A stretch of DNA of 64,000 bases from a virus (lineage: Duplodnaviria > Caudoviricetes): positions 88,428 through 152,427 of the IMG/VR virus record IMGVR_UViG_2595698455_000001. One strand, 5' to 3'. Position numbers and translations under genes: made by a program. This document shows positions 1-10,001 of the stretch, piece after piece. Every line of letters begins with the position of its first letter. The stretch's first letter is position 1. The notes under the pieces were generated by a model. It searched no databases and was not told the DNA's origin. It saw only the letters and a program-made list of their open reading frames with translations.

Positions 1-1276
1 TCGACAACAGAACCTTTTCGTTGTCACCAACCATTATTGATATGTTACCAAACTCCAATGTTATTATCTTTTCCGACTCTATTAAACTACCTATCTTAAG
101 TCTGTCTTCCACAGCGACATCCCCGTTGATGACAAACACATTGGGCTTGACAGCGCTCAGCATCTCATACACGACCATCATGTGGGCGTCGATACGCTCG
201 AACATGATCGCCACGTTCCCTTTCAGGTTAATAGCCATCTTGGCTATCAGTTCGTTGCGGGATTGGTGTGTGATGAGATACTCTATTTCCTTGGCGTAAT
301 CCCCGTCCAGACCGACAGCATCCGCTGAAGTGTGCTTCAGCTGGATCATCTTCACCTTGATGTCGGTGGCATACCCAAGGTTGATAAGGTCGCGAGCCGT
401 GATGATCTTGTGGTACGCCCCGAAGTGGGCTACAACCTGCAGCCCTGCGACCTTCGTGTTTGCCAGAGTACCCGTAACGCCCAGACGCTGGTCGGCATAG
501 ATGCAGTTGTTCAGGATGTAGGACAGCTTCTCAGACTTGGAGGTGTGCACTTCATCCACCACGATATCACCGAACTGGTGGAACCACTCCTTCGGCTGAT
601 CCTGAATCCCCTGCCACGTACTGATGACGATTGGCTTACTGATCTGTTTGGTCGCACCTTCAAAGATCAGCTGAGTATTGACAACAGGCTTCCAATCACT
701 GCCATGTGCGTACTCTTCAAAGTTGTCGTACAGCTGAGTAACCAGGTGAATCGACGGCACCACGATAAGCGTCCTCAGATTGCTTTCGAGAGCTTCTCTG
801 CGCTGCCTGTAGTACCGCGCCATGACGTACAGAACAAAGGACTTACCAGCACTCGTGGCCAGTTCACAGACGCATCTGGTTTGGCGCATAGCCTTGGCGA
901 TCGTATCGAACTGGTAATCACGGGTTTCGGCGTCGATGTACTCGTGATTTTCGGTGCGGATCTTTGGATGCAGGCTGTTGATAAATTCACGGATCTCTTC
1001 ATCAGGGATGTCCTGGATGTACTTCAGAGCCGGATCCAGTTCGATGGTGTATTTGTTGTTCTTACAGAACTTGAACACCTCGAACAGAAGTCCGATATCG
1101 ATCAGGCCGGAAGATTTGGTGAACAAGCGAACAACCCCGTCCCATTTAGAGAAGGGGTTGGGAACGAAGTTTGGATCTTCAAATTTGAAGTAGTCATTCA
1201 GCTCTTCCCTGATAGAAAGATCTGCGATGCAACGCATGCGGACTTCGTTAACCTTAACAATCTGAATGTCTGCCAT
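1..1276 (-). CDS. uvsW: UvsW-like SF2 DNA helicase (runs off the window edge)
   Basis: Manual translation from ATG at 1276 (MADIQIVKVNEVRM..), Walker A ATSAGKS, IVVDEVH motif; next to exonuclease and uvsY. Confidence 0.9.
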   Translation of the reverse strand, partial: MADIQIVKVNEVRMRCIADLSIREELNDYFKFEDPNFVPNPFSKWDGVVRLFTKSSGLIDIGLLFEVFKFCKNNKYTIELDPALKYIQDIPDEEIREFINSLHPKIRTENHEYIDAETRDYQFDTIAKAMRQTRCVCELATSAGKSFVLYVMARYYRQRREALESNLRTLIVVPSIHLVTQLYDNFEEYAHGSDWKPVVNTQLIFEGATKQISKPIVISTWQGIQDQPKEWFHQFGDIVVDEVHTSKSEKLSYILNNCIYADQRLGVTGTLANTKVAGLQVVAHFGAYHKIITARDLINLGYATDIKVKMIQLKHTSADAVGLDGDYAKEIEYLITHQSRNELIAKMAINLKGNVAIMFERIDAHMMVVYEMLSAVKPNVFVINGDVAVEDRLKIGSLIESEKIITLEFGNISIMVGDNEKVLLS

Positions 1277-1304
1277 ACAAAATCTCCCAAGATATATGGG
1301 ATAT

Positions 1305-2051
1305 TTAGCGGTTCTCCCAGACTCCGTTCTGTTCTTTGTCCATTCGATGATACAGTCGAACGCGCTCAAACATCTTTGTCAGGATGTCGTCACGATTGAA
1401 CTCAATGACAGTGGGTAGAGGAGAAGACTCGTTGGCGATTACATTGATGAGGCGGGTGATCTTGACACCGAACATCTGCTGGAACATGACCGAATATAAG
1501 CACAGCTGGATACTGTAATCCTCGATCATTCCCCGCGTCTTCATGATGTTCGATGTCTTGAAGTCGATGATGGCAGGCTTGCCCTCATAAACCCCGATAA
1601 GGTCCACTCGACCTGCGAGACCAAGCACCTCGCTATATAATGGGATCTCCTGAGCATAGATCTTGGTCATCTTGTTCAGATAGGGGAACAGCTGCTTGAA
1701 CATGAACATGTATTCGCCAGCCGCTTCCAAAACTTCTTTCATTGGGCGGTTCTTCAAATACAATTCACATGCAAGATGCAGCTTCTCCCCACGATCCGCG
1801 CAACGCATGGTCTCAAGGTCGGCGGCCTCCGTGCCCAGCTTCTCCCTCCAAGCATCAAGCCATTCATGGTCACCAGTTCGCCCCAGCATAGTCGTGACAG
1901 ACGTCAGCTTGACACCAGTTGGTGACACATAATGACGACCGTTCTCCGTCGTCACACACTCCAGTTCCTTATGAGGAAGTTCGTACTGCTGGAATGTGTA
2001 ATGACGATTTTCGAAGTCGTTCAGCTTGCGTAGAGCCTGGAGAGATGCCAT
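1305..2051 (-). CDS. PD-(D/E)xK (Cas4/RecB-like) exonuclease
   Basis: SVTTML, GEKLH, AGRVDL..IIDFKTS, QLCLY motifs; start set at MASLQ. Confidence 0.85.
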   Translation of the reverse strand: MASLQALRKLNDFENRHYTFQQYELPHKELECVTTENGRHYVSPTGVKLTSVTTMLGRTGDHEWLDAWREKLGTEAADLETMRCADRGEKLHLACELYLKNRPMKEVLEAAGEYMFMFKQLFPYLNKMTKIYAQEIPLYSEVLGLAGRVDLIGVYEGKPAIIDFKTSNIMKTRGMIEDYSIQLCLYSVMFQQMFGVKITRLINVIANESSPLPTVIEFNRDDILTKMFERVRLYHRMDKEQNGVWENR

Positions 2052-2506
2052 TACATTCCTCCGTCCATGTATTTTCTCCAATCAATGGCGTTCTTCACTT
2101 CATATCCGAGCTTGTTCAGGCGATCCAAACATGTCTCGATGAACTTGACCTTTGCCTTCTGCTCTTGAAGCAGGACAGACAGTTCTACATAGTCTTCGTC
2201 GGCTTTGACCCAAGCGTCTAAATCAGACTTCAGTGGGCGAACCTTCAGTGGTCGCTCGGCATAGATGTTAGGCGGTAACTCCCCTGCATAGTAGCGGCGC
2301 AGGTAAAGATCGATCTGGCGGAATCGCCCGTTGAGGAATTCAAGATAACGCCCCTCACGCAGGTAATGGCGCTGCACTGCCATCCAAGAGCGCCCGATCT
2401 TCAATGAGATTTGGTCGAGGTTGTGATCTTCCGGATCCACTGTAACCAGCGGCTCCAGTTCATCCATGATGTCCTCGGTTGCCATTGTCTGTAGTTGTTC
2501 TTTCAT
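2051..2506 (-). CDS. uvsY: Recombination mediator UvsY
   Basis: YYAGELP..LKSDL..KNAIDWRKYMDGG matches the UvsY pattern; synteny. Confidence 0.85.
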   Translation of the reverse strand: MKEQLQTMATEDIMDELEPLVTVDPEDHNLDQISLKIGRSWMAVQRHYLREGRYLEFLNGRFRQIDLYLRRYYAGELPPNIYAERPLKVRPLKSDLDAWVKADEDYVELSVLLQEQKAKVKFIETCLDRLNKLGYEVKNAIDWRKYMDGGM

Positions 2507-2548
2507 AAAATATCCCAGCTTGTCAATGTCATGGAATTATACTGCATC

Positions 2549-3049
2549 TCACGGGTTAGGAACAACTTCTTTGGTGGCCAGCTGAGGAACCATCTGCTGG
2601 AACTTGAAGGTCACCGTCGTCACCAGCTGAGGTACTGCCGCATCTACATCGACCAACACGTTGTCAAGAGCAGTCGGGCGTGCGTCTTCCAGCACCAGAG
2701 TCAGGCCAATTGGGCGGTTCAGGTTGTCCAACAGCTCAATCACGATGTCCTTGCTGACAGGCATGTCCAGCCCGACATTGGACTTGATCCAGTTGTGTAT
2801 CTGAAGCCACGACTTCCAGTCCTCATCTATAACGAAAGTAAATACGATGGGATCATATGTTAAACGTTCCGACGGTATGGACACAAGCACATCGCCTGGA
2901 GATGGGCCATCGATGCCCTCTGAATAGAGACCAGGAATACTGAAGTCGTGAATATTGCGGGACACAAGCGTTAAGTCGCCGATTGATAAGCGCCATTTAT
3001 CAGACGCCGCGAAGTTAGGGTTTTCGTTCTTGAATTGTACGTCAGACAT
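2549..3049 (-). CDS. gp3: Tail completion / tube terminator, gp3-like
   Basis: FSIPG..YDPIVFTFVIDEDW..W..WI pattern; start at MSDVQF. Confidence 0.8.
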   Translation of the reverse strand: MSDVQFKNENPNFAASDKWRLSIGDLTLVSRNIHDFSIPGLYSEGIDGPSPGDVLVSIPSERLTYDPIVFTFVIDEDWKSWLQIHNWIKSNVGLDMPVSKDIVIELLDNLNRPIGLTLVLEDARPTALDNVLVDVDAAVPQLVTTVTFKFQQMVPQLATKEVVPNP

Positions 3050-3086
3050 AATAGCACCTTTTGCTGTGGAGATACTTGTGACCCTG

Positions 3087-3728
3087 ATGCGCGGGATCAA
3101 TAGAATGATGTTGGCATGTGCGGCGCTCCTGCTTGTGAGCTGTCGCATCTTTGTCACGCCAATCATTTCTGTTTCCGAACTCTGGAACCCAGAAGTGCGC
3201 ACATTGCCTGTCACGATATCGGCTGATGTTCAGACCTGCAACAAAGGAATCCTTGATGGGATCGTCCAAGAGTTCCAGACGTTCCAAAAACTGATACCGC
3301 TGGGTTGCTTCGAGGAGAACACCAACACCCTCAAGCCTTACTGGGAGACTACCATTCCCCTGCTTCGAAAGGGTGATGAGGGGAAGATACCTTACCTGTC
3401 AGCCAGTATTTATTACTCCCAGAACAACAGCATCATCATCACATTCAACCCATCGTTCTATGCAAAGCTGAAGCAACACACTGTAGGTCGCCTTGATGTC
3501 AACTCTGAACTCACTGTGACATTCAAAATCGTGAATGACTCGGCCAAGCCTGTGAGGATAGCAACACAGGGTGTGTTCGTGAACGGGGAAGCAGTTGGGA
3601 ATGAAATGAACATATTTGAGGTGAAGCCGGAAGGAACGATATGGATCAGGCTGAGCAACGTTGGGGTGAACTCCCTACTGTTGGATGGGATTGAACCAGT
3701 GGGAGTTCTTCCGGCTAGATCAAGATGA
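3087..3728 (+). CDS. Putative lipoprotein
   Basis: Signal-like N-terminus ending LLVSC; sits opposite to its neighbours. Confidence 0.65.
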   Translation: MRGINRMMLACAALLLVSCRIFVTPIISVSELWNPEVRTLPVTISADVQTCNKGILDGIVQEFQTFQKLIPLGCFEENTNTLKPYWETTIPLLRKGDEGKIPYLSASIYYSQNNSIIITFNPSFYAKLKQHTVGRLDVNSELTVTFKIVNDSAKPVRIATQGVFVNGEAVGNEMNIFEVKPEGTIWIRLSNVGVNSLLLDGIEPVGVLPARSR

Positions 3729-4457
3729 TCATTTCAGGGCGTTCTTCAGATTATCGGAACCGATGCTGTTGATGACGCCTCCGGCGCAGATGTCTTTCGC
3801 CCACTCTGAGATTACGTTGGCAAAAGAGAAGTTCAGACATTTGCCAATCATGTCTTGGATGTGGGCCAACTCTGCTGCAATACCGTTCGTGATGTCTTGA
3901 GCAACAGCGGCTACTGATGCCACGGCAGTGTTGATCGCCTGGGTAACTTCGGCGGCCAGCGCCTGAATAGCAGCCAGACCAGCACTTACCCCCTGAGCCA
4001 CCAATTCAGCCAGCTCATTCATCTTGTCTGTGACGGTTGTAAGGACGCTCTGCATGGTGTTGAGCCATTGCTTGCCAAGGTTCTGGATAACTCCAAACGC
4101 ATTGTTGATCAGATCGCAGTTGTTTGGTTCTCGGTCGATAGACTTCAGGCCGGACTTGTACGACACAGATGTGCCAATGCGGGAATATGCCTCGTTCACT
4201 GACTGGTCGCCATAGTTGTTCAAAGTGGTGATGCTGGCGTTGGCTGAGTTGAACATCGCCGTCGATTCATTGAGTTTGGCTGTCGTTAACCCACCTGCCG
4301 TCAGAGCGTTTTGGATCTGCGTATTTCCGGTGTTAGCTAATCCGGCTGTAGTCGCCTTGCCACTGGTGATTAATCCCTGTGAGGTGCTGCTGAGGGACGG
4401 GAGAGGATTGGTAAAGGCGTTGCCCTGAGATAGGGCGTCATAGATCTGTGCGTTCAT
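3729..4457 (-). CDS. Hypothetical, probably virion protein (Ala-rich, helical)
   Basis: 242-aa ORF preceded by CTAAATACCCC late motif. Confidence 0.7.
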   Translation of the reverse strand: MNAQIYDALSQGNAFTNPLPSLSSTSQGLITSGKATTAGLANTGNTQIQNALTAGGLTTAKLNESTAMFNSANASITTLNNYGDQSVNEAYSRIGTSVSYKSGLKSIDREPNNCDLINNAFGVIQNLGKQWLNTMQSVLTTVTDKMNELAELVAQGVSAGLAAIQALAAEVTQAINTAVASVAAVAQDITNGIAAELAHIQDMIGKCLNFSFANVISEWAKDICAGGVINSIGSDNLKNALK

Positions 4458-4494
4458 AAGAAAATACCCCCATGGATGATGGGGTATTTAGGGA

Positions 4495-4662
4495 TCAGGG
4501 TAGTTTGTAAACGAAGTTTGACCAGAACTTGCGAGCAAACTTCTTGATATAGACCATTCGGGTGGCATATTCCCCATCCTTCAGGTCATTGTAGGTCTCA
4601 AATCCCACTGCGCCCAGGAAGTAAGCCGTGAAGATATAGCAGAACAGATTGATGACGAACAT
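4495..4662 (-). CDS. Small membrane protein (55 aa)
   Basis: Manual ORF MFVINLFCYIFTAYFLGAVG..; GGAG RBS; late-type motif upstream. Confidence 0.6.
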   Translation of the reverse strand: MFVINLFCYIFTAYFLGAVGFETYNDLKDGEYATRMVYIKKFARKFWSNFVYKLP

Positions 4663-4702
4663 GATGTGTCTCCGCTGTGTGAACTCAAATATTTATGACA
4701 GG

Positions 4703-5125
4703 TTACAAAAGGCGCTTGGTTTTAGGCTTGCCTATCAGTGTGATGTCCACAGGGAGGCCAGCTTTCTTGCAACGGTTGATCATATCCAGAGTGCCAGTAG
4801 ACGAGCCGTCCCACATTGCAATCGGATAAACTTCCAACTTGGTCTGATGCGCCAACTGCAATGCCTTGTCTAACATGTCCTGGTTGCGCTTGTTGCCCAT
4901 CCCGTTCCCATACTTTTCATAATAGCTTGGAGGGATTGGCATAGGGGTGACATCAACATAATTGATTTCAGCCCAATCACGGCAAATGGTATCGACGCCA
5001 GAGGCTTCACCCTCAATCAACGTATAGACTTCATGAGGATCCAATAATTCATCCAGCTTGGCGAATACCTTATCCCGCTCGGTAATTGAGCGGGAACCTG
5101 TGATGAGTACGATATATTTCTTCAT
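4703..5125 (-). CDS. SLOG / DUF2493-like protein
   Basis: ITGSR..GEASGVD..RNQDM..WDGSSTGTLDMI. Confidence 0.8.
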   Translation of the reverse strand: MKKYIVLITGSRSITERDKVFAKLDELLDPHEVYTLIEGEASGVDTICRDWAEINYVDVTPMPIPPSYYEKYGNGMGNKRNQDMLDKALQLAHQTKLEVYPIAMWDGSSTGTLDMINRCKKAGLPVDITLIGKPKTKRLL

Positions 5126-5130
5126 GGAAC

Positions 5131-5451
5131 TCACAGCGCCCCAAGATTGCCGATGACATACAGGGAGCACAGAGGAGTGCCTGACGAACGCGGTTCTATC
5201 GTCATCCCGCTCAGGCGGATCAGTTCCAGCAAACCGTCGGTGGTCTGATACGCGCGTGTCGAACCGTTCGGACGGTATAGCTCCAACTCGGTTCTGCCTT
5301 CCTTTAATGCATTACGGATGCGGGTGAACACACTGTGGCCGCCGAACTTCTGCTTCAGAATGTCCAGTTTGGTGGTCAGGCGACGGCGAGGTTTGCGAGC
5401 GCGTGGGTTCTCTTTCGCGACTGCTTCTAAAATTGGGATGCTGTTGGCCAT
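5131..5451 (-). CDS. Hypothetical basic protein
   Basis: ORF with GAGGA RBS. Confidence 0.65.
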   Translation of the reverse strand: MANSIPILEAVAKENPRARKPRRRLTTKLDILKQKFGGHSVFTRIRNALKEGRTELELYRPNGSTRAYQTTDGLLELIRLSGMTIEPRSSGTPLCSLYVIGNLGAL

Positions 5452-5510
5452 GATAAAGTCCTCTATTTGTAGGGGATAGGGTATGCGGTTAACATACCCC
5501 ATTCAAAGGT

Positions 5511-5792
5511 TTAGAACAAATGCTCACCTTCTACATGGTATGCTAACACGCCGTCAGAACATTCAAAATACATGTTATCGTATTCCCACAGAGCAGTGAT
5601 TTCCTCACCCTGGCAAACTACTGAAAACTTCGGCTGGCTGGTCATAACCGGAAATTTTTCAGGGGAAGAGATTGGGGTGAATTTGGCATTTCTGACGACC
5701 ATACCAACAATTTGCTGCAATGTTACTTTGTAACGAGAGTGAGTGATAGTGCCAGCATTCAGGGCTTCGGTCAATTGCGCTTTAGTTGTCAT
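5511..5792 (-). CDS. Hypothetical protein
   Basis: ORF with AAGGA RBS and TTCAAT-type promoter upstream. Confidence 0.65.
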   Translation of the reverse strand: MTTKAQLTEALNAGTITHSRYKVTLQQIVGMVVRNAKFTPISSPEKFPVMTSQPKFSVVCQGEEITALWEYDNMYFECSDGVLAYHVEGEHLF

Positions 5793-5895
5793 GATATAGT
5801 TCCTTCATTTCAGAGTCAGTGTTGTGCTGCTTATGGAATGAAGTATACGGGGTTTATTGAAGAAGTAAACCCCGTTTATTGAATAAATTTAAAAT

Positions 5896-6131
5896 TTATT
5901 TGAAGCGGTCGGGAAGGGTGTCGTGCAGTTCAGCTGACATAACCAGGAACTTGCCATCTTTGGTCGGGAAGCAATAGTCCTTTTTCACGATCTTCAGGTG
6001 CTCTGCGGTAGCCCGAACACACTCATCGGTGATATCGGTCTTTTTGCCAACCCACATGGACTTGACTGTGTCCAGAGTACCCTGATAAATGGTTCCACCA
6101 ACGGGCTTGCGCCGATAGTTTTGATTCTCAT
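5896..6131 (-). pseudogene. Small phage protein broken by a 1-nt frameshift (or sequencing error)
   Basis: MRIKTIGASPL continues in another frame as GTIYQGTLDTVKSMWVGKKTDIT..RFK*; span 236 nt, one short of a codon multiple. Confidence 0.65.
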
Positions 6132-6139
6132 GATCAACC

Positions 6140-6580
6140 TCAGTTAATACGGAACAGATGTGGATAACCGCCAGGATGACCCTGACCCGTAACGAACACG
6201 TCGAACTTCGAACCCTTGATCAGACCAGGCAGATTACCAGAGTCTAGTAGTTCGCGGATCTGGTCCATCGCCAGCATCCAGTTCTTGGCAGGTTCGGCTT
6301 CAGCTTCACCGCGATTGAGGACGAGTTCGCCTTCAGAATAATACTTCCCGCTGTCCTTCATGTAATACAGCTTGATGTGGATGTACTGAGGGGACGGGAC
6401 CAAGCGCCAACCATCGTCAATCAGATCCTGGCGATCATTGTCCAGGGACTGATAATCGATATCACCAGATGCCAGGCCATAGCTGCGCATGTAGCGGAAC
6501 TTCTCAACGCGATCTTTCACGTCGGAGATGAAGAACTCCTTCGTGGCTGGACTGATAAAAATGTATTTCTCTTTTGACAT
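6140..6580 (-). CDS. Hypothetical protein
   Basis: MSKEKYIF.., AAGGA RBS; YMKDSGKYYSEG motif. Confidence 0.7.
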   Translation of the reverse strand: MSKEKYIFISPATKEFFISDVKDRVEKFRYMRSYGLASGDIDYQSLDNDRQDLIDDGWRLVPSPQYIHIKLYYMKDSGKYYSEGELVLNRGEAEAEPAKNWMLAMDQIRELLDSGNLPGLIKGSKFDVFVTGQGHPGGYPHLFRIN

Positions 6581-6734
6581 GATGTGGTTCCTTTCTTTCA
6601 AAGAATGATGTGTTCGTCGATATCGGACTGCGTTGCAATCTCCCCAGCGGACGTTGTTCTCGGTTGTGATGAAAACACGGTTCAGGTGAGAGGCTGGCAC
6701 GTACACTAATGTGTTATTACTTCTTCTAAAGTTT

Positions 6735-6908
6735 TCATTCTGTTTCCTTAATTTTAGCGGTTATTGCTTCCAATGGGGTTTGGCCTGAAGAATAGGCTTC
6801 ACGCCATTCGGCTCGATTGAAAGTCGCGGTATTATATTTGGAAACCCGCATCAATTCGTTGTGCCATTCATAAAATGTGGAATTTTTGTTGGTCATGGCT
6901 GTAATCAT
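6735..6908 (-). CDS. Small hypothetical protein (57 aa)
   Basis: Manual ORF MITAMTNK..WREAYSSGQTPLEAI..; GAGG RBS. Confidence 0.55.
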   Translation of the reverse strand: MITAMTNKNSTFYEWHNELMRVSKYNTATFNRAEWREAYSSGQTPLEAITAKIKETE

Positions 6909-7004
6909 GTATTCGCCTCAATTTTGATAATGCGAGAATTTTAACATGTAAACAACTGTATATTAAATCAATGTATTGAATAACACAAGTATAAATATGG
7001 ACAA

Positions 7005-8480
7005 TTAACGGTCTAATCGGTATTTGATCAATCCACAATTCCAAATCCTGACCAGCCCGGCTTCGGTTGCTAACTGGCTTTCTGTTTTGCCTTCTACGTC
7101 ATACCCCATCCGAGCAAATGAATCCTTTCTGAAACCGAACTTGTGCTCACGCATAAATGTACCAGGCTTGTGATATTTGTAATCCGGCTTCTGTACTTCC
7201 TCTTCTGTGAACCCGTGGGATAGGTAAATGTTCGACAGTCTGCTTACGACACACCTGTCGCCAAAAGAATAGATTGGGATACCAACAAATTCCCTTCTGA
7301 AGTGTGATAGAAGTTTACCGAACGCCCCATGACACTCATTAGAGGCAAATCTGACTAATTCCAGGCCATCTTTCCTTTTGGTAAACAACATCACAGCCTG
7401 TATCACACCAGCCTTATCAATTAGCGATAAGTGGTGGGTGGACGATACGGAACCTTGTATATGATGGGCGTCTAGAAACTCCCTCACACCGCTCATATTG
7501 CCCCAAACAACTTTATGTTGGCGAGCGTATGAGACAGGTGTTTTAATGCCGAGTTTTGCCTTCAGGAGGGATCTAACCACATCCTGTTTCTCAACCCATT
7601 CGTCTTCCCAAATATGAATCAACTGGATACCCTGAGATTCACACATTTCAGTCTTTTCCAGATGATATCGCTTCTCTTTAAAAACTTCTGAATGCCAATA
7701 TAGCCCGTTAAATTCTATGGCAAGTTTGTGTCCCGGGCAATAGATATCCAGTTGTTTGCCGGACAATACATTGTAATCAGAAACCGTGTTCACTACTCCC
7801 ATTGAGGTGAGAAACTGGGATATTTCTTTTTCATAAGAAGATTTCTTATGTCTGACAGAACCATTGTTGGACAGCGCACGTTTCAGTATGGCTGAGTTTT
7901 TCATGGGGTTATCAACCCCATAACGTTCCTGTAATGTTATTAACGTCTTCTCCCTCACACCCGGTAGTTGTAGGGTAGAGCTACTCCCATATTTGGATAT
8001 GTTTGAATTCTCTATAACCTTCCGGCCAACCCCACCTTTACACATAGAAACTTGATAACATTCTTCAGAACAATATGTTCTGTAATCTTTATCATTGATG
8101 TAAAAGTTGGTTTCCCTGGAACATACAGGACAAGACTTCGCGTTTCTATTGTGTAACCACGCCGTGATTTTACAAGCCAGGTCTTGTAGGGTGTTATGGG
8201 CGTTGGCGAATAATAAGAGGTCCACCTTGATGTGCTTCATCAGCAGTTCGGATTTGCATTTCTGTATATCCAACTTACCGTTCTTAGTGAACATATGCTT
8301 ATGGAAAAATTGACGATATGAGTCTTCATCCGAAAGACACATTGCATCAGCAACAAATTCTGGGGTTAGATTTTTCATTGTGTTACTAGAAAATGTTTTA
8401 CAACTGTCCGAACAAAATTTCTTATCTTTCCTGGCAGCTTTAAACTGTTCATGGCAGATGCTGCAGATTACCTGATACAT
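7005..8480 (-). CDS. Hef-like free-standing homing endonuclease, paralog 1
   Basis: CxxC fingers, YG repeats, LDIYCP..AIEFNGLYWH..LIHIWEDEW nuclease domain; AT-rich. Confidence 0.8.
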   Translation of the reverse strand: MYQVICSICHEQFKAARKDKKFCSDSCKTFSSNTMKNLTPEFVADAMCLSDEDSYRQFFHKHMFTKNGKLDIQKCKSELLMKHIKVDLLLFANAHNTLQDLACKITAWLHNRNAKSCPVCSRETNFYINDKDYRTYCSEECYQVSMCKGGVGRKVIENSNISKYGSSSTLQLPGVREKTLITLQERYGVDNPMKNSAILKRALSNNGSVRHKKSSYEKEISQFLTSMGVVNTVSDYNVLSGKQLDIYCPGHKLAIEFNGLYWHSEVFKEKRYHLEKTEMCESQGIQLIHIWEDEWVEKQDVVRSLLKAKLGIKTPVSYARQHKVVWGNMSGVREFLDAHHIQGSVSSTHHLSLIDKAGVIQAVMLFTKRKDGLELVRFASNECHGAFGKLLSHFRREFVGIPIYSFGDRCVVSRLSNIYLSHGFTEEEVQKPDYKYHKPGTFMREHKFGFRKDSFARMGYDVEGKTESQLATEAGLVRIWNCGLIKYRLDR

Positions 8481-8535
8481 AATTGATCTCCGTTGTATGG
8501 TATCTAGTATAACCCGTTTAATGTCATGAACAAAT

Positions 8536-8559
8536 AAAAACCCCGCCGAAGCGGGGTTT
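8536..8559 (-). terminator. Rho-independent terminator after gp23
   Basis: AAACCCCGC-cgaa-GCGGGGTTT with flanking A-run. Confidence 0.8.
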
Positions 8560-8587
8560 GTTAGGACGTAAGCCATTGTTTTAATTA

Positions 8588-9910
8588 TTAAAACAGGCCT
8601 TTTATGAGTCCCTTACGGAAATACGGGTTGCTGTCCTGAGCGATACCATCAGCAGTCACATAAACCTGCGGATCCTGGTTCGCTGGGATCTGAACGAACG
8701 GGTTGGCACAAATCCCGTAGCGTGTCTTGAACGCCATACGTGGGCTGAAGGTGGTTTCACCCTGGGTGCGGTACATTTCCAGCGGTACATACGGCGCGAA
8801 GAAGATACCAGCATCCAGCGCGGTCGCGCCTTTGTATGCCAGGGTGATGTACTCTGCTACTGCATACGGGTCGATGTAGACACGCATACCGTTAGACAGA
8901 ACACCAGCGAAGGTCTGGCCGGTTGGGTCGATCGCCAGCTTGGTGTTTTCCTGCAGCGCCGGAGCGTAATCCAGCATGCCGGACATCGCCAGGGCAGATG
9001 CTACGTTCGGAGAACACAGAACACGGTTGCCTTTACCACGACGGGTGTCAACACCGATGCCGTTCGCTTCAACTTCCAGCATGAAAGTCATGTACTTCCA
9101 TTTTTCCAGCGCCCAACGACCGGAGATGTCGGTGGAGATATCTACAACGCCGTTCGCGCCGAATTTTTTGAAGCGTACAGCACTGAAGTTCATGGTGCGG
9201 ATAAACTCACGGTTCATCTCGGCCTGAATTTCAGTTACCATCACGTCGGACAGGATGCTGTCAACGTCTTCGCCGTGGATCGCCATCATGTCCTGGCGCA
9301 GTTCGTGGCTGTAGTCAGCGTACAGGCCGCGAGACTTCGCAGTCACGGTTGCTTTCTGAACGGTGATACCAACACGCGCCCAAGGGTTGGTGGTAGTACC
9401 CAGAAGTTCAGCGTCGGTGGTTGGCATACCTTTACCGATGGTGGTCACGCCAGCGCCGGAACCTTCGATCTCAGCCTGAGTAAAGCCAGATGGGTCACCA
9501 GCCTGTACAGTACCGTCACCAGAGTAGCCAGAATCAGCTTCCTGCATGAACAGTTCTTTACGGGACTGTTGGGTGTTGGAACCGTCGGCGATGCCCTGAC
9601 GAGCACGCAGAGCAAAGATCTGACCATCAGGACCAGACAGCGGCTGAACACCGAAGAAGTCCATCGCGATGTTGATTGGAGCCAGACGTTTCGCCATGTC
9701 GATCAGGACTGGCTGCCATTTGCCCACGGAGTTGTTTACAGAACCAGGAGCGTCAGATTCGCCCAGGTTTTTGGCGTTCCACTCAGCCTGGTTTTCCAGG
9801 AGGCGGACAGCCACGTTTTCGGCAGACAGAGGCTGAATCTGTTCGGATTCTTTCTGAAGAACAGGCAGCCACTCTTTGCGCATTTCTTCGGTTACAAGTT
9901 TCTTAGCCAT
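8588..9910 (-). CDS. gp23: Major capsid protein
   Basis: GVQPLSGPDGQIFALR, AKSRGLYADYSHEL, FAPYVPL, FKTRYG. Confidence 0.97.
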   Translation of the reverse strand: MAKKLVTEEMRKEWLPVLQKESEQIQPLSAENVAVRLLENQAEWNAKNLGESDAPGSVNNSVGKWQPVLIDMAKRLAPINIAMDFFGVQPLSGPDGQIFALRARQGIADGSNTQQSRKELFMQEADSGYSGDGTVQAGDPSGFTQAEIEGSGAGVTTIGKGMPTTDAELLGTTTNPWARVGITVQKATVTAKSRGLYADYSHELRQDMMAIHGEDVDSILSDVMVTEIQAEMNREFIRTMNFSAVRFKKFGANGVVDISTDISGRWALEKWKYMTFMLEVEANGIGVDTRRGKGNRVLCSPNVASALAMSGMLDYAPALQENTKLAIDPTGQTFAGVLSNGMRVYIDPYAVAEYITLAYKGATALDAGIFFAPYVPLEMYRTQGETTFSPRMAFKTRYGICANPFVQIPANQDPQVYVTADGIAQDSNPYFRKGLIKGLF

Positions 9911-10001
9911 GATGCTCATTCCTTACATTGATATTCAGTTAAGTTGAAATTACTTAGTAGTTCAAAATCAAGCCCCCTTTCGAGGGCTGTGGCTGCTAAA
10001 A

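Noticed and set aside
332-1399. 355-aa plus-strand ORF
   Set aside because: Antisense shadow of uvsW, which has clear helicase motifs
1305-2051. CRISPR-Cas system suggested by the Cas4-like nuclease
   Set aside because: No repeat-spacer array or other cas genes seen; ordinary recombination-module position
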